Below are positions 10,353 through 22,460 of a DNA stretch of 64,000 nt, piece after piece (the first letter of the stretch is position 1; each line of letters begins with the position of its first letter). This DNA is from Callorhinchus milii (Eukaryota). Made by a program: the position numbers and the translations under genes. Under the pieces are notes generated by a model, which did not search any database, was not told where the DNA came from, and saw only the letters and a program-made list of their open reading frames with translations. The stretch is from positions 33,048,001 through 33,112,000 of the forward strand of contig NW_024704742.1 in the NCBI RefSeq assembly GCF_018977255.1, given 5' to 3'.

Positions 10353-12645
10353 GTGGGTATATGTTTTTTTTCTCTCTCTCCCAAACAGTTTTTTTATATA
10401 CAAAAAAAATTGCCTTCACCTTACTAATTTGTGCTAGATTGGTGGGTAAATAAATTCAGTAAATACCAGTTTAAGTTGTTCATCGTGTTGTAAATTGCTG
10501 CAATCTCAAGACTTTCAACACTTCAAGATGAGCTTTAGGAAGAACGGTGGGCAATGTGTTATACAATACTCGCTGAATCAAACCAACTTTGGTTTCAGGG
10601 GCTGTGGCAGCAAAAATAAGTAAATAGGCAGTGAGAATGCAGGATTATCGGTGAATTCTTTGAAGCAAGTTGTTCTTTGTAACAAGATTTGGAACTAGTT
10701 GAAGCTTGCATGCTCATGTTTACTGTGTATGTGATTGGGGAATATCACAAAAAATGTGTGAACACCCTTTTGGGCCTATGTGTTGCACCCAGTGCAGTGG
10801 AATCCGTTTAATTTAAGCACTTAACTTTGTAATAGCACAGCCGCCCATTGTTGTGAAGCGGCATGGAGTTGTCATTGATGTGCAAGGCAAATTGTATGCA
10901 TGAATCTTCATGTGTCATAAATGTTTCTGTGACACTATGTTCTGAAATTGGCATGTGAAAACTAGCCGATTATGTTTTAACATGAGTTTTCATGGATAGA
11001 ATTTTTATGTTTCACAGTTTTCTCCCTTTGCTTGCTCTTGTCAACCTGGCTTTTCCAACTGGGAGGGTAGGACATGCTGGAACTACCCACCCAGTCAGTT
11101 TGATTAGTGCAGGAAATGAAGTGCAAAAGAACGTAATGTTTCAGAGGCTCAGCAGATGCTGCTCAAGATCCCTCAGTCAGGACAGAAGGATATAAATGCC
11201 TTTTCAAAGCTTACCACTTCAATTTCAACTTGGCTGTCCAAGAGTGATTCAGTCGTCTTGGTTTTGGACTGCGAGAGTTATTGAAAAATGTTAGAATATG
11301 CCTTATAATGTTTCTTTAATATAATATTTGGCAAATACGGAATTGGATTTTATTGTGGAACTCATTTTAAATTGGTGGCCTCCTGATTTACCACCTTGAT
11401 ATTTCTGAACAATAACAAAACAACACAATTACATTTGTATAACTCCTTTCACATTAGGAGGATGTCTTGAGACGGGTCTTGAAGGAGGCAAGGGATGGGG
11501 CGAATCAAAACCTGGATTTTCACTGATCCCTGGCTTTAAGGACTCACTGCTGTTGAAGTGGGCAGGCGGGAGCCAAGTTTCAATGATGATATAAGCTCTT
11601 TTATCCTTAGAAACCTTGAGCTGTATTCACAATTAGACTAATTACCATTTATAGGGCAGTGTTGTTTCTAGGTCTGTGTTAATAGGTTTGCATCCTGTTG
11701 TATGTTGCTTTATTTGACTATGAACAATGCACTTCTAGAAAAGACCTTTATTTCAATATATAAAAAGACATTTTCGTAGTATTTTGTATAGTACAGATAG
11801 CACATTTTAAGAGTTTCTCATCCTATTTTTCGGGTTCATTTGAGTTGCTTGATATGAAGGAGCAAACAATCTTGCATTCCGAGTGTGACAATTATTCTTT
11901 AAGTTTTATTTTTAAACTTGCGTTAGATCATGATCTGTGTGACATAATTGAATAATTAATGTTAGCCATTTTGCTGCATTAATTGATGGACTTAACACCC
12001 AAACAGTAGTTCTATTTATTGCATATCATTCCATTCAGTGTATTATCTTCTCGGGCCATTTAATGAAGCACATTTAGAATAAATAACAGTTTTGCCCAAT
12101 GCTAAGATGCCCTGTTGGTTTGGACTTTGCCTTGTAGGTTAGAAGTTTATATGAGCCAGACAATTGGCAACCATGAACAATCCCATATAAAAAAAATTGC
12201 ACCTACCTGAATTTAGAGCCACCTGAGTTGAAACCCAAAACGTTGTGGTTGCTCAGTGATCTTAGTTGCGCAGGGTGTTTACAGTAGGAATGAAAAGTTG
12301 TATTTATTCTATCTTTATCTAAAGCACAGGTCTATAAGCCAGCTAATGAGATGATTTAGACCAGTCATCAGCAAAGCATAGACTTCCTCCCTTAAATTAA
12401 TAATTGGTTGGTCTTACTGCTGCAGCATAATAGTGCATACTAAATTCATTAAAATTGTTGAGCGCCAATACTGGGCGAAGGTTTCAAATTACTGAGAAGC
12501 ATGCCCCAGAATGAGATATTCAAGTAGCTCTTGTAGTTTGAACAGTAATAAAAAATTCATCATATGTTTTGAGCATGTCTATTCAGACTAAATGTTTGTT
12601 GTGTGAATTTTTGAGTAGCTTTGTGTTCATGAATGTCTGTCGCCA

Positions 12646-14408
12646 GTAATTACAAAGTTGCCCTTTCTGAGTGTGTTACAGTGGTCGGTTCATTATTGGT
12701 TTGGTTTGCGAGACTTATTTTATGGTCACAATTCAAAACACTGGAATTGATTCTAGCACCCAGGTTTGATTGCTAGCTTCAACACAGCTTCAAATTTCAT
12801 GAGCTCCTTCTGGGAGCATTTTATTGGCTCTCTTTTGGAAAATTGGACTAAGTGCTTTGTGGCACAGGAAGAAAGAAAACCAAATGAATGACCTACTCTG
12901 CCCCACAATTGTTTCCTGCTGGTTGATGTGACAGTGTTGACATCAGCGACAGAGAAGTCTGCAGCTGAGGTGTGAGCGTTCTATGTGAAGATGGAACTGA
13001 GCTCAGATCGGATGAGAGAAATTGATAGAACCAAACTGCCTTATGGTGATTTATTGGATTAGATATTTAAGGCCTGTGGAGTGACAGAAATTACAGCACA
13101 GATGAATGCCTATTGCTAATAAAGCCTGTGCTGAATTTTAACCAATCTAATCTCAACTTTCTGATCCCTTCCTTGTATTGTTCCCTCCTAAATATTAATT
13201 GCATTCCCTTTTAAGTATTATTAAAGGCTTGGCCTTAATAGCTGACAGTATCACCATCCATGGATGCACGTTCTACCTTACTAAACCAGTCCGGAAACTT
13301 GGCGTCTTGTTTGACGCTCAAGTCTCCTTTCTACCCCACATCTGTGTCATGACCCGCTCTGCTCTCCCCTACCTCTGCAACATCGCCCGGCTCTGCCACT
13401 GTCTCACACCGCAGGCCGCCGAAACCCTCATACCGCATTAATAACATTGAGGCTTGACTATGCAACCTCTTTGCTTGTCGGCCTCCCCAACTCCTCCCTC
13501 CACAGGCTGCAGATCATCCAGAACTCTGCAGCCCGTGTCTCTTCCCCACCAGGCTCTGTACCCTATCACCCCATCCTTACCTGACTCCACTGGCTTCCCA
13601 TCACATAGAGGATACGGTTCAAGAATCTGGTCCTCACCTTCAAAGCCCTCCATGATCTTGCTGCCCCCTACCTCTGTGACCTCCTAAACCCCTACCATCC
13701 TGCCTGCTCCCTCTGCCCAGTGGGCTCCGACCTGCTTCACGTTCCCTGCCTCAGCCACCCCGCCATTGTCAGGTGAGCCTTCTGATACTCTGCCCCACCC
13801 TCTGGAACTCCTTCCCGCAGTCCATCCACCTCGCCTCCTCCCTTGCCACCTTCAAGACCCATCTCAAGACCCTCTCCTTCGACCGTGCTGCCGATCACCC
13901 TGCTTCTCCCACTGCCCTCCCCAATCCCGACCCCCAGCTTGGCTCCGAAACACTGACTGTCCAGCGCCTTGGGATGTCCTCCCAATGTGAAAGGCTTGAT
14001 ACAATTTTTGTTGTTGTTGTTGCTTTTGGCAAATCAATTTGTGTTCTAACAACCCTGTACATGTTCCAAATGGCCCTCACTGCCTGGGAACATCCTCTCG
14101 ATATGAAAGGCACTATATATAAACGTTATTGTTGTCGTCCATGTTACTCATACTCCTTAATTACAGATTTATTTTATGTTGTAATTAAAACGTTGCTGAG
14201 TGTGTTACAGTGGTAGTTCGTTATTGGTGTGGTTTGCAAGACTTATTTTATGATAACAATTCAAAAGACTTTTGTAGATATAGAAGTGGAGTTAATTCTG
14301 GCAGCCAGGTTTGAATCCAAGCTTCAACACAGTCGCATTTCATTAGCTCCTTCTGGGCGTGTTTTATCTGTTTCTCGTTTGGAAAATTGGACTGATTGCT
14401 GTGCGGCA
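12646..14408 (+). repeat. Diverged direct duplication of ~220 nt (12646-12865 and 14181-14408)
   Basis: Shared blocks CTGAGTGTGTTACAGTGGT, AGACTTATTTTATG, AGCTTCAACACAG, AGCTCCTTCTGGG and TTTGGAAAATTGGACT. Confidence 0.85.
13235..14025 (+). mobile_element. L2 LINE 3' fragment
   Basis: VRKLGVLFD...NIARL...AAETLI and APTLWNS-like motifs, L2 tail and (TTG)n. Confidence 0.9.
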
Positions 14409-14702
14409 ATTATAATAATAATAAAATTAAGTTACAGATTTACTATCCAGCAGGAGGTTTTCCTGTCAAAAACCTTTTAGAATTTTGATGACCTCTCTTG
14501 TCCTTCCACTTCTAGAAAGTTTTCACTGGACCGGAACATTCAGTCCCCGTTAGGTTAGCAGCCCCCAACTGCGGATCAATGTCAGTGACACTGTATAAAG
14601 GCCACAGCAAATGTAGTGAAGGTTGTGAGATGACCAACTTGTTTGAGTATCCTCTGGATTGTACTGGCAAGTGTCTGGCTTTAGCTGGTTCAGTTCCACC
14701 AG

Positions 14703-15060
14703 GTTGTGTGTGTGCGCGGGAGTGGGGGGGGGGGGGCCCTTGCGTGTGTGTGGAGGGGGGGGGTCCTTGTCTGTGCGCGGGGGTGGGGGGCATTGCGTGC
14801 GCTCATGGCGCGAGGGGGGGGCTGCACTGGGCGCGAGGGGGCGGGCTGTGCCGGGCGCGAGGGGGGCTGCGCCGGGCACGGGGGGGGGGGGGGGGGGCTT
14901 GCGCGGGGCGCGAGGTGGGGGCTGTTCGTGGTGGGTGTGGGAGGGTTATGCGGGTGTGGGAGAGAGATGGTGTGTGTGGGTGGGGTGGGAGTGTGTGGGG
15001 GTTGCACTCGGGGTGTGGAGGGGTGTGCGCGGCGGTGTGTGGGCGTGTAGTTGGGCGAGG
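14703..15060 (+). repeat. G/GC-rich low-complexity block with ~22-nt units (GCGCGAGGGGGGCTGCRCCGG)
   Basis: G runs, GT/GC alternation, and 3-4 degenerate units at about 14808-14880. Confidence 0.8.
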
Positions 15061-16284
15061 ATGTCTTATCATCCCCGACTCTTGGAGAGAGATTGTGCAT
15101 GGAAGCAGAATCTCTGCTTCATAACCCGTCTGTAGCTCTAAGAGACTTTTAAGTCCAACATGTGAATTCTGCATGTGTCAAACTCCCAGCCGGCTTTTTT
15201 TTTAAAAAGTGTGCGAATGAGATGGCAAGGAGTTAATGGAAATTGGTGGTGTGATGAGAAGAGCAATTGTTAAAAACACTGATGGACTTTGTTAAGTGCT
15301 CTTGGAATTCCACCAGCATTTATTTGAAAAAATTAAAACGTTTGTAAGTGCACCTTTTTGTGTTAATGGAAAATAAATGAAGAAATATTACAGGATTTTT
15401 TTAGGCTAACCTGGTAAATATATTTATACATGGAGAATATTATCTACCTCATTTAAATCCTATCATGATTCAAAAAAGGTTAGTCCTTGCTTCAGCAGCA
15501 CATCAAAAGCCTAGTTTGTTTTGATTGAACAACATTCTGAAATCTATTTCATGCCATGAATCTGAATTGTAAAGTGATTTTTTTCCCCACCAAATAAAGG
15601 TTTAACGTCCACAAGATTGAAGAGATGGATTGCATTTCAAATTCGGTGTTGAATTTGCTCTGACTTATTTGGGTTAGCGGGATTGTTTTAAGAATAATGA
15701 TGGTGTTCCAATGCACAATATGGATTGTATTGTATTGAGCAATGGCCAGGTACAATTTTTAATGAATATTTGTTAAGAGACCGACTGTGACGAGCTGCCT
15801 TATTCTGTGTCTTGCCTAGCGAGGATTTAGTGAAATTACAGTATTCTGTCGCTACGTTTGCAGCAAAGATGATTACTGTATCACACTTCTTAGAATTGAA
15901 GGGTTCTATTTGCTTTGTTGGCCAATCCACTGGTTATTCCAGACCTAATTGCTGCAGACTTGATATGATTCTTTTTAAAATTTTAGCAAACGATAAACCA
16001 TATGCTTAAAATTGCATCATTTCTTTTGGGATCAATAGACCAGCAATTTAGCTTTGAATGGTTCACTCTATTCGTGATAAAATATTAGAAGGCTGTCATT
16101 ACTGAGATTGGAGAATTCAACAACAGCTTGCTTTTGCGTAGTGGCCCTCACATAGGGTTATTGTTATTTTATCATTAGGGTTATTTTTTTTCTTCCACTT
16201 TTTTTTCCTTTTGCTCTTTCCGCCTAGGACTATATTCCAATTATGACTGAGAGTGTGTTCTGTGGTTTTCTATATATTCTTGCA

Positions 16285-16670
16285 TTAAATATAGTGCCTT
16301 ATCACATGATTGATGGCTTGAAGCACTTCACAGCAGCAACGTGTGGTGACAGTGTTTGTAGACAGGCAATTTTGCACATAGCAATGTCCAACAAAAGCCA
16401 TGAAGTGAGTTACCAATTTTCTTTTGGGTGGTGGGGCTTGTTATCCAGGATACTGGGAGAAGTTCCCTTCTCTTTTCAAATAGTGCCATGGGATCTTTAA
16501 CATTCTTTGAACAGGCAGACTGGACCTCGGTTTAAGGACTTATTTGAAAATGGGACCTGCAACAATGCAATGCACCCACAGAACTGTGTGAGTTCAAGTC
16601 CGAATGTGGGATTTTGGACAAAACTCTACAACCTTCCGAAGTGGGACTTTTACCAACTGAGCCAGGCTGT
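16285..16670 (-). mobile_element. Deu-domain SINE
   Basis: TAGTGCCATGGGATCTTTAACA...GAACAGGCAGAC is the reverse complement of the Deu core. Confidence 0.75.
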
Positions 16671-18019
16671 CATTTGTTGTGATAGGACTGATGTTTTTCT
16701 ATTCCTTCTTGCTTCTCCTCCTCTTCCCCCCTGCAGCCAGCATGAATGAAATTGTCAATTTCCCAGTGTGATGGGGAACCACAGGCTCGAGTCCACATCC
16801 TGTCATTCCGTTGTGCTGCTGTGTGTGTGGTGTCATGGAAACGCCTGCTATTCTGAGAATACATCTAGGGATTAGTTTTTCAAATGTAAAGTATGTTGAA
16901 AATAGCACTTGTGTCTTTGCGTAACAAGATGCATAAATATGCTTCCCCTGTTAGTTTGAGGGGTCATTTGGACAGATTGGTCCAGTAAGAGATTTGACAC
17001 TGATTCACAAGAGTGGCTCTTATTTCCTGTTGCAGATTTAAAGGGAACTGAATATCTTTCAGTGCTATAATTGGGTTAAATAAATGATACTCCGATTTCT
17101 CTTTTGCTAAATTAAGAATATTTTTCAAGTATGGATCTAAAATACCTAGAAATATCACCCCTATCATTTCTAATTCTGCGCTTCCTTATTGTAGTTGCTG
17201 TTGATATGATTAGAAATTGTTCAGTGCATATTATTGTTCTGACTTGTCACCTGCAAGGCACAATGCAATATTCTTGGTGTGATGGATGTCTCGCTCTTAT
17301 TTGTTGGTGTAGGTGGGTGGATTATTCAAGGATTAATCCAGATTCATTCAACTAATGAAAGCTGTTGTCTCATCGCACTGTATTTCTGCATATTTTCGCA
17401 ATATGTCCACCATGATCTGTTTCAGTAAATAAAGTTTGTGTTGTTCCAATGGAAGAATATTCTATTTCCAATGTCAACTTATTCTTGCCCGTTAGAATTA
17501 TGTAATTTAAGTTTTTAAAAAAATAATTCTTGCATTTTAATTTTTAACTTTTTCTTACTTAAACTATACATGGATTCCATATAAGAGAGAGAGAGAGACG
17601 TTTCACAACGGGAGAACATCTCAAAGTGCATCACAAGATTTACTATAAAGTGTGGTGACCTTGCATTTTGTAGGCGAATGTAAATTTAGTTTTATTTGAT
17701 CAATTTACTGGTTGGGATAATTGCCTGTAGCTTGTCTCTTTTTCAAAGCGTTTGAATGTTAAGCCTGTTATGTATGTACATTCTGAAGTGATGCTCTTCG
17801 TTGCCTCTGTTTCTGTACGAGATGGATTTTGGAACTTGACTTTGATCCAATATAAGAGCTTTGCTCTGAATCCTTGGGCTTCTAGCTGAGAATGGATGCA
17901 AAATTCACCTGAGCTTTCGGGCACCTCTGGAATTCAAATCAAGGATCTCTGACATGGGATGGATGTATTTAATAATCCTTTGCATTTGATGTAGCAACTT
18001 GTCACTTTCCAGGCTACTG

Positions 18020-18435
18020 AGCCTACTGGCCCCTTCCTCACTTGGCTCCATTGGCTCCCCATCCACCAGCAGAATGAGTTAAAGATCCTCTTTCTCGCTT
18101 TATAGTCTCATCCCCCCCCCCCCCCACTCCCACCTCTACATCCTCCTCAAACCCTACTGACCTGCCCATCCCCTTTACTCAGTGAACGTCAGCCTGCTTC
18201 ACTATCCCGCATTATCTGCCCCACATTGCCAGGTGGGCTTCCAACCTTTTTGCCTCACACTCTGAATCTCCATCCTGGAGTCACTCCGACCAGCTTTCTC
18301 TCTTGCCTTGTCCAATGTCTGTCTTTGAGTGTGCTTCCGCTCATCTTTCCCATCCCCACCTTCCACCCCCAGCTTGGGTGCCCAACCGGTACAGAATAAG
18401 ATCGCCCCTTGATATAAAAGGAACTATATAAATAT
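18020..18435 (+). mobile_element. Decayed L2 3' fragment
   Basis: LHWLPI-like segment and a degenerate tail. Confidence 0.7.
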
Positions 18436-18439
18436 TACT

Positions 18440-18785
18440 GTGTATTATATCACGTCAATATCTCAAAGCACTTCACAGGTTTTTACTGTGAATTGTTGTA
18501 ACATTGTATTTGTAGGCAAATGTGGCAGCTGATTTACACCCTGCAATGTTGCACAAACAGCCATGGAGTGAGCGAGCAATCTTATCTGGGGGATTTTGGC
18601 CTGGGCACCGGGAGAAACTCCTTTCTTTTTTCAGGTATCACGAGAAGTTTAACGTTTAACGTTCACCTAAACACCTGGGATCTCAGTTTAATATCTTGTC
18701 TGAAGGTTGGCACCTCCAGCAATGCAGCAGACCCCAGCACAAGTGTCAGTCAAGACTGCGGGTTCCAAGTCTTGATGTGGGGATG
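18440..18785 (-). mobile_element. Deu-domain SINE, decayed
   Basis: Homology to 44691-45105. Confidence 0.65.
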
Positions 18786-19164
18786 ACTGACATAGCTGCC
18801 ATGCTGTTTGATAACTGTGTGAAGTGATTTAATGATGATGGTTTGCTTCAGTGTATAGAACCAAATAGAGCAAATAGAACCCAGTCGGAGTCCTTTGTGC
18901 ACACTGGTACCTGTAAATCATTGTCAGTGGTTGTAAATGACTTTTTATAGGCGTACAGCAAAAACATTCTTGGGAGATTGCCATTAGGAGATTGCAAAAA
19001 AAAGTCAATGTTGCCTTTTCAACCAATTATCAACCAATTTAACTTTCTGGAGTTGGGAAAGTAAAAGTTAAAATAATACATAAGTAAAAGTATTCAGGGG
19101 CAACGTGCCTTTTCGTGTTTAGAGGAAGACGTTTATTTAAGTTCCTTTCCTTTGCTTAATTTCC

Positions 19165-19722
19165 TCATCGGCGTTCCCAACTCTTCCCTTCACAAACTGC
19201 AGACCATCCAAAACTCCGCAGCTCGTGTATTCTCACGCATCAGGCTCCATGACCCCATTACTCCCACCCTCGCCCGACTCCACTGGCTCGCCATCCCTCA
19301 GAGGATCGAATTCAAGATCCTCGTCCTCACTTTCAAGGCCATCCATGGCCTTGCCCCCTCCTACCTCTCTGACCTGCTGATTCCTTACCAACCTGCCCGC
19401 TCCCTCCATTCAGCGGGCTCCGGTCTGCTCCATGCCTCCCACCCGAACAGCCATACCATCGGTGGCCGGGCTTTCAGCCTCTCTGCCCCCACACTCTGGA
19501 ACTCCATCCCACGGTCCCTTTGCCTCGCTTCCTCCCTTGCCTCCTTCAAGGCCGGTCTCAAGATCCTTCTCTTCGATCGTGCCTTCAGTCGCCCTCCCAC
19601 CTCTCTGCCTTCCCTCACCCCTACCCCACCCCTCCCCCATGCTCGGGTCCTGACCCCTGACTGTCCAGCGTCTTGGGACGTCCGATGTGAAAGGTGTTCT
19701 ATAAATGTAATTTTGTTGTTGC
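19165..19722 (+). mobile_element. L2 LINE 3' fragment, ORF still open
   Basis: LQTIQNSAARV...LHWLAIPQRIEFKILVLTFKAIHGLAPSYL...GGRAFSLSAPTLWNS...FKAGLK. Confidence 0.92.
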
Positions 19723-21581
19723 ATCTGACCATTATGCCATAATGCAATAAACATACAAAGTTGGTTGATAACAATCTAACGCAAGTGGTGTGGTAATAAC
19801 ATTCATATGGCAAAGAGTTCAAAGTGTTTGATTTTCAGATAGCTTGATGTTATTCCACAAAATAGGTGAGAACAGTAGCAAAGTGGTGGTTAGCACTGCT
19901 GATGGTAAGAGTTTTAGAAATCTTAAACAGAAATGATGAAGGCTCTTGGGTGGGTGAAGTAGACTGGGAGATGGATGTTACATGGATCAAGATGGAAGAA
20001 TTGGGGATAAGGGAGGAGAAAGTGCCTTAGACCTGAGACAAGTTCATAAGATTTTTCATTTTGTTTTGGTGTTTGCTTTCTTCAGTTGGTCATGAAATAT
20101 TACATTGAATCATTGAGATATTTATACAGTAATGTTGAAGTCCTTTGAAGGAATTCTTTTACTTGCAGAAACGCATCATTATGCTTAAGGGTATCCAAAC
20201 CAAACATCCCACGTACACATGGAAATTCCCTTCTTTTGGAATGGAATGCATACTCTCTTCCTAGTCTAGTTACACTTTTAATAAAAATAATGTATTCCAT
20301 GATTGTCTTTGTAAGTGTCAGTGATGCAGTTGCTGTCAGGTGGAGATAAAAGTCTGGGTTTTACCTTGACAATGTTGATTGTGGCCACTTTTAATCTGCG
20401 TGAACAAGTGAGACTGCAGAAATTGATTTCTTTACAATGAATCCTATGAATCACTTTGAGACTTCCTGCCTAGATTGAAAAGCACTACATCACATGCAAG
20501 AATTATAATTTTTTATTATTAATTGTGGATGGAGTGGTGAATGTTTTGGGGGAGAATTTAGCATTGTACTCTAGTTTGCAGAGAAACTCCCTTTAACCTT
20601 GTCTGACAAAAACATGTGTTCCCATTCTTCTAAAACTCATTGTTGTTGCTTTATCATGTGAGTTTTCATGGTGCTAACACAGGATGTAAAATAGAATTGC
20701 AGCTTGAAAACTTATCAAGTCCTTACAAAACCGCTTCTGGGATTGTTGATGTATAAATCATTCTTGCACTTTATGACCTCTGAACTGTCTACTGAATTAG
20801 AGTACAGTAATTTGTTTTTGCATGTCTACTGTTCTTGGCATGTACAGTATTTGTAACTAAATGTCTGTTGCAAGATAATTTGTGTTTCAGTTACTGGAAA
20901 AAACTTTCCATCTTTTAGGTGAAAATAATGCTATATTCAAAGCAATAAAGTCAATATTTTTAATAGGTTTTCTGAACCAAAAATATGATTGAACAGAATA
21001 TATACAACAGCAGAATGCAAATTAAGTTATGCAGTTTATAAACCTATGTTGAAGTGTGTAATGGAATAGTTTATTCTGCTTCCTGATAATGTGCTATAAC
21101 TACAACCTTAGTGTGAATGTTTCTGCTTCCTACTTCATCGCACCTTACTGGGTGCAGTAGTTTGAGATTTTTCTTTGTGGTAAGACGCTATATAAATAAT
21201 ATCTCATGCAAGCATTATTTACTGAGCCATCTGTATGATTGCTCTAAAATTGCCAATAAAGTATTGTTTTGCAGCAAATTGAATGTAACCCTGACTCAAT
21301 TGGTAGCTCTTTCACCTCTGAGTCGGAAGGTTGTGGGTTCAAGTATCACGTTGGAACTTTGAAATCGTATACCCTCGGCTGACACGGCAATGCAGTGTTG
21401 GGAGTGTGGTTCAGTCATCTTTCAAATGAGAAGTTAAAATGAGATGAAGTTCTTTGAGACATCCTCCCAATATTAAAAGGCAGAATATCAAATGCAAGAA
21501 TTTGTATTTGTTAAATAAATCTCATGCTTTTGATCAGAATTCACTGGAGACCGGATTTAGATAGCTCGTACTCATACCAGT

Positions 21582-21626
21582 TGCATGATCAGTATGAGTA
21601 TTAACCATACTCATACTGGTCATGCA
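21582..21626. repeat. Inverted repeat: 20-bp stem with a 5-nt loop
   Basis: TGCATGATCAGTATGAGTAT-TAACC-ATACTCATACTGGTCATGCA. Confidence 0.9.
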
Positions 21627-21699
21627 TTTCATGGCTTGCTGAGAACGTAAACCTTAACTTCCTCAATCTGTGCTGCTGTTATAAATGTTTGTGTGTGTG

Positions 21700-22460
21700 C
21701 CCAAGGCTCTGCTTGGCTCTTCTCAGTGCTTCTTGCCTCAGGTGCTGACCCACATCAACCTGCACGGATGGTAACTCCACCTGATGGAGCCAATACGTAA
21801 CTTTGAGGTTTTGTTCGACCTCCCATCGTCTGAAACTCCAGATGGGGGTAATCCTTCACTCGGCTTTCCCTTACCTCCACAATGTCACTTCCTGTTGCCA
21901 CTATTTTTCCCATTTCCTCTCCTGGGAGCCGAGACCCTCATGCACTCCTTCATCACGTCCTCACTGGGTTATTTCAATGACCCATTCTCTGGGCCCCACT
22001 TCTTCTTTCCTGCACAAGCTGTGTACCACCCAGAACCCTGCAACCTGTATCTTCTCCCTCGCTAGACTACACAAAACTATTGCCCCCCCACCCTTGTTCA
22101 GCTCCTCTGGTTCCCCATCCCCCAGTGGATCAAATTCAAGTTCCTTGCCCTCGCTTTCAAATCCCACCACATCCTTGGCTCACCCTACGTCTACTGCCTC
22201 CTGTGACCCTCCTCCACCGTCCTCCTGCATATTCAGTGCCCGATCCACTCATTCTGCCCATGTTCTCTGGAACTCCTTGCTGGAACCCCTCTGCCTTGCT
22301 CTTCCCTCCCCATCTTCAAAACTCACCTTACAATTTTGGCTGTGCTTTTGACCATCTTAACCCTTTCTTCCCCCCTGCTCCCCCAGAGCTCAGGGTCCCA
22401 GTCAGCCATGTGAAGCTTTTTAAGATGTTCTTCCTACATGAAAGACACTATATAATGTTA
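21700..22460 (+). mobile_element. Decayed L2 fragment
   Basis: AETLMHSFITSSLGYFN, QNPA and LWNSL motifs. Confidence 0.78.

Noticed and set aside
14512..15174. Several overlapping Gly/Pro/Arg-rich ORFs
   Set aside because: Low-complexity G-rich DNA that lacks stop codons; no recognisable domain.
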